A stretch of 64,000 bases of DNA from an uncultured Gemmatimonadota bacterium. GTDB taxonomy: Bacteria; JAAXHH01. The DNA lies in NCBI GenBank assembly GCA_951812955.1, contig OX638340.1, forward strand, positions 2,112,001 to 2,176,000, given 5' to 3'. The first letter of the stretch is position 1. Every line of letters starts with the position of its first letter. The notes beneath the pieces were generated by a model, which saw only the letters and a program-made list of their open reading frames with translations, made no database searches and was not told the DNA's origin. This document shows positions 9,092-17,061 of this stretch, piece by piece. A program made the position numbers and the translations under genes.

Positions 9092-10654
9092 ATGGACGCC
9101 CTTCTTAAATCGAAATCCAATGAAGCCGATCGGTCGTCAGCCAGCTCCGGAGACCGGGAAGCCCTGACCCGTAGATCCTTTCTCAAGCAGGCGGCTTTCG
9201 TGGCCGCGGCGATGGCCGCCCCCTTTCCCGTGCTGGCGGATCCCTACGCACCGCAGTCCAGGAGCGCTGCGGCGGCCGGCGTGCGTCCGGTCCGCGTCTC
9301 CGGCCGCGTGCTTTCAGGCAGGGCGGGTCTGGGCGGCGTCGCGGTAACGGACGGACTGTCCGTCACCGCCACCGACTCGGAAGGTCGATTCGAGCTCGTG
9401 TCCAACACGATTCAGTCCTTCGTATCGATCTCAACGCCCAACGGCTACGCGTTGGAGCAGAATCCAAGCGGCATTGCCTCGTTCTACCGGCCGATCATGC
9501 CGGACGACTCCGGAGAGATGGCTGTCAGCTTCGATCTCGCGGAACTGGACGGATCGGACGAACGCCACGGATTTCTGGTGCTCGCCGACCCGCAGACCCA
9601 GGACGCCTACGAAATGGGACTCTTCCACGCGGAGACCGTGCCGGACGTCAAGGAGACCTCCGCCGCGCTGGCCGGCCGCCGGCTCTTCGGCGTGGGCTGC
9701 GGAGACATCATGTTCGACGATCTGACCCTGTACCCCGAGTACGAGCGGGGCGTGCTTCGCATGGGCATGCCCTTCTTCCAGGTCGTCGGCAACCATGACC
9801 TGGACTTCGGGCCGACCGACGACGGATCCGTCCGCACGTTCTGCCGACACTTCGGCCCCAACTACTATTCCTTCGATCGCGGAGAAATCCACTACATCGT
9901 GCTGGACAACGTGTTCTGGCACGGAGAAGGATACATCGGGTACGTGACCGACGACCAGCTCAACTGGGTAACCCAGGACCTCGCCCTGGTCGAGACCGGC
10001 AGGACCGTGGTGGTCTTCAATCATATTCCCCAGTATACCACCCGTCATATCAGAACCGGGGTCGACAGCCCGTCCATTTCGTCCACGACTGTGAACCGCG
10101 AGCGTATGTACCGCCTCCTGGAACCCTACAAGACCCACGTGTTCTCCGGCCACGTGCACGAGCACGAGCATATCTTCGAGGGCGGGATACACGAGATCGT
10201 TCAGGGCACGGTCTGTGGCGCCTGGTGGAGCGGCCCCATCTGCTGGGACGGCACGCCCAACGGTTATGGCGTCTACGAGGTCGACGGATCGGATATCCGC
10301 TGGCGGTACAAGTCCACGGGCTTGCCCGAAGACCACCAGATGCGGGTCTACCTCCGGGGCAGCGATCCCGGAGCGCCGGACGAGATCGTTGCCAATGTCT
10401 GGGACTGGGATCCCGAATGGCGCGTCGTCTGGTACGAAGACGGCATGCGGAGAGGCGCCATGGCCAGACGTCCCGGCACCGATCCGCTGGCGGAATCCCT
10501 GCACAGAGGGGCCGACCTGCCCGAACGCCGGCCCTGGGTGGAACCGGTGATCACGAATCACCTGTTCTACGCGCCGGTTTCGACCCAGGCCCGGAAGGTG
10601 GTGGTCGAAGCGACGGACCGCTTTGGCCGGACTTATGCATCCGAACTGATCTGA
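9092..10654 (+). CDS. Tat-exported calcineurin-like metallophosphoesterase.
   Basis: Twin-arginine signal TRRSFLKQAAFVAAAMAAPFPVLA. Metallophosphoesterase motifs GDIMFDD, GNHD and GHVHEHEH. The ATG at 9092 is preceded by GAAAGGAAG; the track start is a TTG three nt upstream. Confidence 0.8.
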   Translation: MDALLKSKSNEADRSSASSGDREALTRRSFLKQAAFVAAAMAAPFPVLADPYAPQSRSAAAAGVRPVRVSGRVLSGRAGLGGVAVTDGLSVTATDSEGRFELVSNTIQSFVSISTPNGYALEQNPSGIASFYRPIMPDDSGEMAVSFDLAELDGSDERHGFLVLADPQTQDAYEMGLFHAETVPDVKETSAALAGRRLFGVGCGDIMFDDLTLYPEYERGVLRMGMPFFQVVGNHDLDFGPTDDGSVRTFCRHFGPNYYSFDRGEIHYIVLDNVFWHGEGYIGYVTDDQLNWVTQDLALVETGRTVVVFNHIPQYTTRHIRTGVDSPSISSTTVNRERMYRLLEPYKTHVFSGHVHEHEHIFEGGIHEIVQGTVCGAWWSGPICWDGTPNGYGVYEVDGSDIRWRYKSTGLPEDHQMRVYLRGSDPGAPDEIVANVWDWDPEWRVVWYEDGMRRGAMARRPGTDPLAESLHRGADLPERRPWVEPVITNHLFYAPVSTQARKVVVEATDRFGRTYASELI

Positions 10655-10722
10655 GGCCGGTCCAAGACCGACTCCGAGGCATCCGAACTGATCTGAGGCC
10701 GGTCCAAGACCGACTCCGAGGC
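10639..10722. repeat. Perfect 42-bp tandem duplication (2 copies plus a partial third) spanning the stop codon of the metallophosphoesterase gene.
   Basis: atccgaactgatctgaggccggtccaagaccgactccgaggc occurs twice in tandem, followed by gtccgaaact. The first copy contains the TGA at 10652..10654. Confidence 0.9.
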
Positions 10723-10812
10723 GTCCGAAACTCACGGTGAAAACGAAGAACGGGTCATGAAGAGTCAACCATTCCCGGCAGAACGACACCGCCGGATAAA
10801 AGGGAGAACAAC

Positions 10813-11772
10813 ATGGCGAACGACGGCCTGATAAGCCCCTTCGACATCGATGACGAGGGATACTTCTGGCTCAAGGGCAATCTGCATTCCCACACGACCA
10901 ATTCCGACGGGAAGCCGTCACCCCAGGAACGGCTGGACGGGTACGTCAACCAGGGATACGATTTCCTGTGTATTTCCGATCACTACACCATAACCAGGAT
11001 CGACACGGTCAGCGCGCCGGACGATTTCGTCCTGGTGCAGGGTGCGGAGATCCATCCTGAGAACCCCTTTGGCGGCCAGACCCACCACTTCCTGGCCTAC
11101 AACATCGACGAAGACATGGATTCGAAGCGCATGCCGCCGCAGCACGTCATAGACGAGGTGCGCCGGCAGGGCGGCTCGATCTGGCTCGCCCATCCCCACT
11201 GGAGTTCGGTCAACATCCTCCGGGATACCCTGCCCCTTCACGGCCTGGCAGGCATCGAAGTCTTCAACACCACTTGCCGGTGCGCCGGACGCGGCGAGTC
11301 CTCCGTACACTGGGACGACTGGATGGACCTGCTGGGAAGGCCGATTCCAGCGCTCTCCAACGACGACTCCCACGCCCTCGAGTCGGAAAACCGGGATACC
11401 TACGGGGGCTGGAACATGGTGAAGGTCAAAGAACGCACGGCGAAGGCGATCATCGACGCGCTGGAAAGAGGCTGTGCGTACGTCAGTTCCGGACCCGAGA
11501 TCCGGGACATCCAGTTGCACCGCGTCGACGATATGGGTGATGGGAAACAGGTCGTGGAGGCGAGTATCCGGTGTTCAGAGGCGCAGAGCATTCTCGCCGT
11601 GTTCGATTCCCATGGTACGGAGTTTCGGGACCGGACAGGCCATGGAAAAACCTTCGAAGATGCCACGTTTACGCTGCGGCCCAATGTACGGTGGGTAAGA
11701 TTCGAGATCATCGCCCCGGACGGCACGAAGGCCTGGTCGAATCCCATGGATCTGGCGAAAGTCGGTCGGTGA
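10813..11772 (+). CDS. PHP-domain (polymerase/histidinol-phosphatase-like) metal-dependent phosphoesterase.
   Basis: GNLHSHTTNSDG N-terminal PHP motif, further His/Asp clusters (ISDHY, AHPHW, NDDSHA) and a size of 319 aa. Confidence 0.8.
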   Translation: MANDGLISPFDIDDEGYFWLKGNLHSHTTNSDGKPSPQERLDGYVNQGYDFLCISDHYTITRIDTVSAPDDFVLVQGAEIHPENPFGGQTHHFLAYNIDEDMDSKRMPPQHVIDEVRRQGGSIWLAHPHWSSVNILRDTLPLHGLAGIEVFNTTCRCAGRGESSVHWDDWMDLLGRPIPALSNDDSHALESENRDTYGGWNMVKVKERTAKAIIDALERGCAYVSSGPEIRDIQLHRVDDMGDGKQVVEASIRCSEAQSILAVFDSHGTEFRDRTGHGKTFEDATFTLRPNVRWVRFEIIAPDGTKAWSNPMDLAKVGR

Positions 11773-11897
11773 TACCGCCGCGGACCGCTACAGTGGGCGT
11801 TCAGAACTCGGAGGTCGAATCCCATGGATCTGGCGAAAGTCGGTCGGTGATACCGCCGCGGACCGGCACGGTGGGCGTTCAGGACTCGGAGACTGCC
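11722..11897. repeat. 88-bp tandem duplication (2 copies, 3 mismatches) spanning the stop codon of the PHP-domain gene.
   Basis: ggtcgaatcccatggatctggcgaaagtcggtcggtgataccgccgcggaccg...ggcgttcag.actcggag is repeated with an 88-bp period. Copy 1 contains the TGA at 11770..11772. The duplication is mirrored in the spurious ORFs 11571..11972 and 11400..12041, which show repeated peptides. Confidence 0.9.
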
Positions 11898-11946
11898 GTC
11901 CCGCGTGTTGGAGGGCGTCTGCGGTCGGCCGATGGCCGATTCGAAG

Positions 11947-13581
11947 CTACGGAAGGTCCTGCCGAAGCATGACCTCGGTGAGAACGACGGCCGATGTCGA
12001 CGCATTGTCATCGTAGTAGGTAACGAAGCGCTTCGTCTCATGGGCGTCGTAGGGGGCGAGGTTCTGCGCCCACCGGAAGCCGATGGTCTGGAACATCAGC
12101 CGTGCCCTGACTACGATTCCCTGCACACCCGGCCGCGCGGCGACGCGGTACTGGACCCTGTCGCTTCCGGCCTGGAAATCCCCATCTTCCCGCGCCGCTC
12201 CATGCACCATGATTGCGGCTTCGGCGCTCTCCTTGTCGAACCCCTCGGGCAGCAGGCGGTTGTCCTTGGCGTAGGTGACGGCCGATAGCAGGCCCGTGGT
12301 AACTCCACCTGACCCGTCCGCGATGATCGGCTCATAAATCTGTACCTGGCCGGGGTCGTCGATCACTTGGTAATGCGGCTCGAAGCGGCTACCGTCCGCG
12401 TCGTTGTCGTTACCCTTAATGCTCCCGTCGGGAAGCATGGCACCGGATTCAAACACCACGTCCCCGCCGTCATCACGAACCTCGAGGTGGATCCAGGCCC
12501 TTCGCGACGGATAGGCCGTCGGCAGCTTGTGGCCCGCCAGGTTCGACACTTTAAGATCGATAACGTATTGGTTCTCCGCGCGGGAGACTGCCAGCACCTC
12601 CAATTGAGCTGTCGCAGTCTGCAAGTGCTCCCGCGTCGCCTCGGCGGCGCGCTGAAGATCGCTTGACGGCGCGGTGACCAGCAGCTCGTCCCGATACCTG
12701 TCCAGCAAACGCAACATAAACTCGTTGCCGCCGCGAAACACATGGCGCGAGACATTCTCCCTGTACTCCCCGAGCACCGAGGAGATGGGGGCCGATGAGG
12801 TCTCCGGCATGTGGCAGGACTGGCAGCTTTCGGTCGCCGAAAAGGCGCTGTGTCGCCATTCCAGGTAGGGCGTCTGCTCCGGGAAACGGGCTGTTTCTCG
12901 CCCTTCCGCGTCCAAACTTGTCGTGAACAGGGTGTGGCAGGTCGCGCACAGTTCCGATTCCTGCAGATGCGCGGATGAATCCGGTGTGAAACCGGTGGCG
13001 GACTGCATGATCCGGCGCCGCCCGTCGTCCACGTCGAAGGGCCCGAAGATCTGAGGGTCGGTGCCTGTGCTTGAACGGATCACGAAGTTCCCATCGAAAC
13101 TCGATTCCTCGCCGAAATTGTCGGGCCGGATCTGATGGCAGGTGGTGCAGGACACCCCATCGAGGGCCAACATGGCGCGCTCGTCGCCCTGCCGCGCGGC
13201 TTCCAGGTGTGCGAACACTTCTCCCAGTCCGCCGTTTTCCTTCGCCAGCACACGCGCCATGGGCATATGGCAGGTCGAGCAGGTGTCCTCGATCTCTGCC
13301 CGGGCGTCCGGATGGTCGGTCACTTCCCGGCGTACGGATGCCTGCCAGTAGGGATCCCGCGCCGAATGCGCCATGACGGAACCGCGCCATACGTGCCCGA
13401 TGGAGACGTCCGTTCCGTCCGGACCGGTTATATTGCTGTGACAGGCGATGCACTGGTCCGAAGTGACGAACGTGCTTTGATCCCCGGACTGCGCCTCGAC
13501 CGATGCGCACGCGAGCCAGGCGAAGGCGAGCGGCGCCAGCGTGAGGCACGTCAGCAACCGCCCCGTGTAGTTACCAGCCAT
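11947..13581 (-). CDS. Pentaheme c-type cytochrome (five CXXCH motifs) with a ~280-aa heme-free C-terminal domain; probable lipoprotein or secreted protein.
   Basis: CIACH, CSTCH, CTTCH, CATCH and CQSCH all fall in the first ~260 residues. Signal peptide with LAC lipobox-like cleavage region. The start overlaps the upstream gene by 11 nt, so the two are likely co-transcribed. Confidence 0.85.
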   Translation of the reverse strand: MAGNYTGRLLTCLTLAPLAFAWLACASVEAQSGDQSTFVTSDQCIACHSNITGPDGTDVSIGHVWRGSVMAHSARDPYWQASVRREVTDHPDARAEIEDTCSTCHMPMARVLAKENGGLGEVFAHLEAARQGDERAMLALDGVSCTTCHQIRPDNFGEESSFDGNFVIRSSTGTDPQIFGPFDVDDGRRRIMQSATGFTPDSSAHLQESELCATCHTLFTTSLDAEGRETARFPEQTPYLEWRHSAFSATESCQSCHMPETSSAPISSVLGEYRENVSRHVFRGGNEFMLRLLDRYRDELLVTAPSSDLQRAAEATREHLQTATAQLEVLAVSRAENQYVIDLKVSNLAGHKLPTAYPSRRAWIHLEVRDDGGDVVFESGAMLPDGSIKGNDNDADGSRFEPHYQVIDDPGQVQIYEPIIADGSGGVTTGLLSAVTYAKDNRLLPEGFDKESAEAAIMVHGAAREDGDFQAGSDRVQYRVAARPGVQGIVVRARLMFQTIGFRWAQNLAPYDAHETKRFVTYYDDNASTSAVVLTEVMLRQDLP

Positions 13582-14692
13582 CGCGGAAACCTCCGTCGAA
13601 CCAGTCCCACAACAGGTACATGACGATCTGCGGTTTACGGCTTAACTTCCTGGCGACCGGAACCCGCAACCCCACGTTGAGCAGAATGTGCTGGCGCGTG
13701 TTGAGCGAGACCTGCAGTTGAGGCACGAGGTCCATCGCGACACCGGAACCGGAATCAAGTTCGCGCCAAGCCAGGACCTCGACCATGGGACTCCAGGCCC
13801 GGCCGAACTCGCCATCCGTGAAGGTCCTGCCGATCAGCGCCCTTATGGCTACTTCATCCTCCACGGAGCCGCTCACGGCGAATTCACCCAGCGCCTGGGC
13901 CTGGAAAAAGGCGTCTCCGGGCATAAGCTGTACGATGGCCAGGTAAGGCTCCAGTTTCGTGGAGCCCGTACCGAAGCCGTTTTCTTCGTCGCCGGATGGC
14001 AAGATGACTTCGCCGCCTATACTGAAGGCATGACCACGCCCCAAGTCGTGGTACAGGGCATACTTGTAGCCAAGCGCCAGGTCCCCGAAGCCCAGGTTGG
14101 TCCCGTCGTCCCGCTCAGAATCGCGCCTGCCGAACGGGACCTTCACTTCGATCATGCCCCGGGGGCCGAACCGCTTCTCGTATACCGGCTCGATGATAAC
14201 GGCCTTGCTGTCGTCCGTGTCCAGCGTCAGATTGAATACCGTCTCGTCTTCGGGAAAGGCTTTCTCGGTAAACAGGGGCTTTGGAACGTTGAATTCGCCG
14301 CGTGGCCAGTTCTTGTTCGTGCAGAAGGTGCGGACATTGCCGAGGATAGCGTAGATTTCCTCGTCCGTGAGGGCATCCCCGAATGCGGGCATCATGCGGT
14401 CGAAGGCCCGCACCGGTCCCCCTTCATGGATCACGGCGTGCCAGTCGGGGTCGGGTTCGCGGGAAGCGAATTCGCAGTCCGTAAAGTCCGGAAGTTCCAG
14501 TGCAAACCCGCGCTCTTCGAGCGGACTTCCTCTTCCGTCCGATCCGTGACAGGCCGCGCAGGCCTGTTCATAGAGCTTTGCTCCGTCGAGCTTCGCCCCG
14601 ACGAGCTGGTCGGCGAAGGTGGAACGCTCCACAAACAGACCGTAAAGACTAAACAGTACCACTAAGCATTTGCAGCTATATCGCATATCCAC
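13571..14692 (-). CDS. Monoheme class-I cytochrome c domain fused to a ~250-aa C-terminal beta-rich domain (putative outer-membrane beta-barrel).
   Basis: Signal peptide, then CAACHG with a downstream Met ligand candidate (RMMPAF). The C-terminal half has alternating-hydrophobicity strands (AFSIGGEVIL, LEPYLAIVQL, FFQAQALGEFAV) and an aromatic-rich C-terminus ...MYLLWDWFDGGFRDGW. Confidence 0.7.
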   Translation of the reverse strand: MDMRYSCKCLVVLFSLYGLFVERSTFADQLVGAKLDGAKLYEQACAACHGSDGRGSPLEERGFALELPDFTDCEFASREPDPDWHAVIHEGGPVRAFDRMMPAFGDALTDEEIYAILGNVRTFCTNKNWPRGEFNVPKPLFTEKAFPEDETVFNLTLDTDDSKAVIIEPVYEKRFGPRGMIEVKVPFGRRDSERDDGTNLGFGDLALGYKYALYHDLGRGHAFSIGGEVILPSGDEENGFGTGSTKLEPYLAIVQLMPGDAFFQAQALGEFAVSGSVEDEVAIRALIGRTFTDGEFGRAWSPMVEVLAWRELDSGSGVAMDLVPQLQVSLNTRQHILLNVGLRVPVARKLSRKPQIVMYLLWDWFDGGFRDGW

Positions 14693-14858
14693 GCCGGATC
14701 CCGCGCCATCGGGAGCCGCACTGGCCGGACTGGCCGGACTACGCCTGGCACGCTACGAACCGACCGGCCGGAAGGGCTTTCCGCGCTACCGTTGACGCGT
14801 TGATTGTAACTGTGTGTTAAATTAGACGGTTTTAGGAGAGGTTTCCTGCGATTCGAAT

Positions 14859-15308
14859 TCAGACCACCCGCTCGATCCGAACGCGCTTCACCCCTTCCCT
14901 GCGTATGCGGTAACACACTGCGATGAAATCATCGGCGTCGCCAACCATCCGGGCGAAGAGATTCACCGCGACGGGGCCGTCCGGCATATTTGGCCGGCCG
15001 TCCCTGCCGTAGAACCAGCACAGTTCGGTGATCCCGTCCAGCCACCCGTGCATGCGTCCTGGCTCCAGCCTGAAGTAGCAAATGTCACCGGGCAAGGTGC
15101 GGCTTGTCAGGTTCTCGGGCGGGATGACGATGTCCTTAGACAGGAAGTAAGCGATCTCGCTGCCCGAGTACACGGCGTGGATGCCCTCTTCCTCCAGGGG
15201 CAGCGCGTCCCAGACAGCCTGGCAGGTCTTCGGCGCCTCGTCCTCAAGCAACTCGGCAACTACCGAAACGCCTTCTTCGACAAAGGTCAAACGGATCCTA
15301 CGGGCCAT
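14859..15308 (-). CDS. Cyclophilin-like fold protein (DUF3830-like); hypothetical.
   Basis: 149 aa. MARRIRLTF..GVSVVAELLEDEAPKTCQAVWDALP matches the N-terminal pattern of DUF3830/cyclophilin-like proteins as I recall it. No catalytic assignment is possible. Confidence 0.4.
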   Translation of the reverse strand: MARRIRLTFVEEGVSVVAELLEDEAPKTCQAVWDALPLEEEGIHAVYSGSEIAYFLSKDIVIPPENLTSRTLPGDICYFRLEPGRMHGWLDGITELCWFYGRDGRPNMPDGPVAVNLFARMVGDADDFIAVCYRIRREGVKRVRIERVV

Positions 15309-15361
15309 GGCTTACTTTCAGATTCGCTTGCGTGGTCTTGATATAGCCAATCGAAATTGAA

Positions 15362-16171
15362 CTACAACTTCATGAATATCCCGATGTCCCAGGCCGACGC
15401 ATCCAGCAGATTGTGCGCACCCGTGTATTTCGTCACGCCCGCGGTAATCCCCGCGTCGGACGTGATGTAGAAATTGAGCTCCGGACCGAATGACACGTAC
15501 TGCTGGTCGTTTCGGGTCCACTCGCCATCCGACTTTCCCAGGGCTTTCACACCGCGAATCCAGCCGGAGAACCCGACTCGCTCGCCAGCCATGAAACCCG
15601 CTTCGAGAGCGTACCTCAGTTCGTCGGAGTAATCGCTTTCACGATTATTGAAGCCGATTTCGGCTTTCAGGTAGCCCGGTGTCGGCCACAGGGAACGACC
15701 GACCTGGAGCGAGAATAACTGGTTGAATTCACCATCGCCGGTGAACAGGCCGATTTCCTGGTCGGTATAGGAATCTCCCAGCGGCAATCCCGCCATGACC
15801 TGAATGCTCACGACCGTGGGCCCGCTGGTGAGCAACCCAATCCTGGCGCCAAGCTCCCAGTCCCCCGTACCCGTCTTGGTGTCGGACCCGTGCCTGTCTT
15901 CACTGATACGCTGATAAAAGGGAATGTACCCTACAAGTGTCAACCGGTCTACAAGGCCGAATTCACCATACAGGCTGGTCGTATATCTGCTCAGATCCGT
16001 TATGTCTACCCTGTCTCCGGACGGCTCGAAATACGAATTGCTCTTAATAAACTGCTCGTTCAGCTTGAAATAGCCCTTGCCCTGGGGATGGGTCCATCCA
16101 CCGGCGAATACCGTGGATACCTGGAGGATGAACCCCGCGAGCAAGGCGCCGGCATAGATGAGTTTGGACAT
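15362..16171 (-). CDS. Outer-membrane beta-barrel protein (paralog A), ~250 aa mature.
   Basis: Signal peptide MSKLIYAGALLAGFILQVSTVFA. Amphipathic beta-strand periodicity is seen throughout, and the protein ends ...WDIGIFMKL. It is about 55% identical to the next gene. Confidence 0.55.
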   Translation of the reverse strand: MSKLIYAGALLAGFILQVSTVFAGGWTHPQGKGYFKLNEQFIKSNSYFEPSGDRVDITDLSRYTTSLYGEFGLVDRLTLVGYIPFYQRISEDRHGSDTKTGTGDWELGARIGLLTSGPTVVSIQVMAGLPLGDSYTDQEIGLFTGDGEFNQLFSLQVGRSLWPTPGYLKAEIGFNNRESDYSDELRYALEAGFMAGERVGFSGWIRGVKALGKSDGEWTRNDQQYVSFGPELNFYITSDAGITAGVTKYTGAHNLLDASAWDIGIFMKL

Positions 16172-16210
16172 GGCACACTCCCCTTAACGGATGCCGAACA
16201 GCAATATCTT

Positions 16211-17035
16211 CTACAGTTTCAGAAACAGCCCGAATTCCCAGGCTGGCGCGTCCAGCATGCTATGAGCCCGGGTGAATTTCGACATGCTGGCGGTAATTCC
16301 CGCATTAGGCGTAACATAGAAATCGACCTGGGGGCCGAAGGACAGGTACTCGATTTCGTAACGCGAACGGAATTCATCATCCGCTTTGCCGAGGACTTCG
16401 ATCCCGCGGAGCCAGACCGATACGCCCAACCTTTCAGCGACCGTGTAACCGGCTTCGAGACTATACCGAAGTTCATCGGAATAGTCGTCAATAGGATCGT
16501 CGTCGCCCTGTCTATTGTTATACCCGATTTCGGCTTTCAGGTAGCCGGGTACCGGGTAGAGTGAATGGCCCACCTGGAGCGAGAAGTGCTGGTTGAATTC
16601 GCCGTCGCCGGTCCAGAGGACGACACCCTGGTCTGATTCTCCCAACGGCAATCCCGCCAGGGCTTGCAGGCTGACCACCGTGGGGCCCTGTGCCAGAATA
16701 CCGATCCTGACCCCTATGTCCCAGTCGCCAATGCCTGAAGTCGAATCGAAGCCTTCGGCATCCACGCTGAACTTCGAATAAAACGGCATGTAGCCCACAA
16801 GAGTCACCCGGTCGAGCAAGCCGAATTCACCGTAAAGGCTCGTCGTATTGCCGCTTACGGTCGGTATCTCGGTTTTGGACCCGGTTGCCAGGAACAGTGA
16901 TTCGGCGCGCACGAACTGCTGGCTTAGTTTAAAGTACCCCTTGCCCTTCGGCTGAGTCCATCCGCCTGCGTGGGCAAGAGTTGAATAGCAGATCAACGCG
17001 GCTGTCATCAATGTGGCTGCTATGAACCTGTTCAC
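16211..17035 (-). CDS. Outer-membrane beta-barrel protein (paralog B); tandem duplicate of 15362..16171.
   Basis: Signal peptide MNRFIAATLMTAALICYSTLAHA. Shared blocks GGWTxPxGKGYFKL, TTSLYGEFGL.DR.TLVGY.PFY, GDGEFNQ.FSLQVG.SL.P.PGYLKAEIG.NNR and a C-terminal ...W.FG.F.KL. Confidence 0.55.
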   Translation of the reverse strand: MNRFIAATLMTAALICYSTLAHAGGWTQPKGKGYFKLSQQFVRAESLFLATGSKTEIPTVSGNTTSLYGEFGLLDRVTLVGYMPFYSKFSVDAEGFDSTSGIGDWDIGVRIGILAQGPTVVSLQALAGLPLGESDQGVVLWTGDGEFNQHFSLQVGHSLYPVPGYLKAEIGYNNRQGDDDPIDDYSDELRYSLEAGYTVAERLGVSVWLRGIEVLGKADDEFRSRYEIEYLSFGPQVDFYVTPNAGITASMSKFTRAHSMLDAPAWEFGLFLKL

Positions 17036-17061
17036 CTCATGCTCCTTTGTGATTCAGTTGC

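Noticed and set aside
9431-10789. 452-aa minus-strand ORF
   Set aside because: Antisense to the metallophosphoesterase gene, whose Tat signal and GNHD/GDxxD motifs establish the plus-strand frame.
10639-11897. Possibility that the tandem repeats are a CRISPR array
   Set aside because: There are only two adjacent identical copies with no intervening unique spacers, the unit lengths of 42 and 88 bp are atypical, the repeats derive from gene 3' ends, and there are no cas genes.
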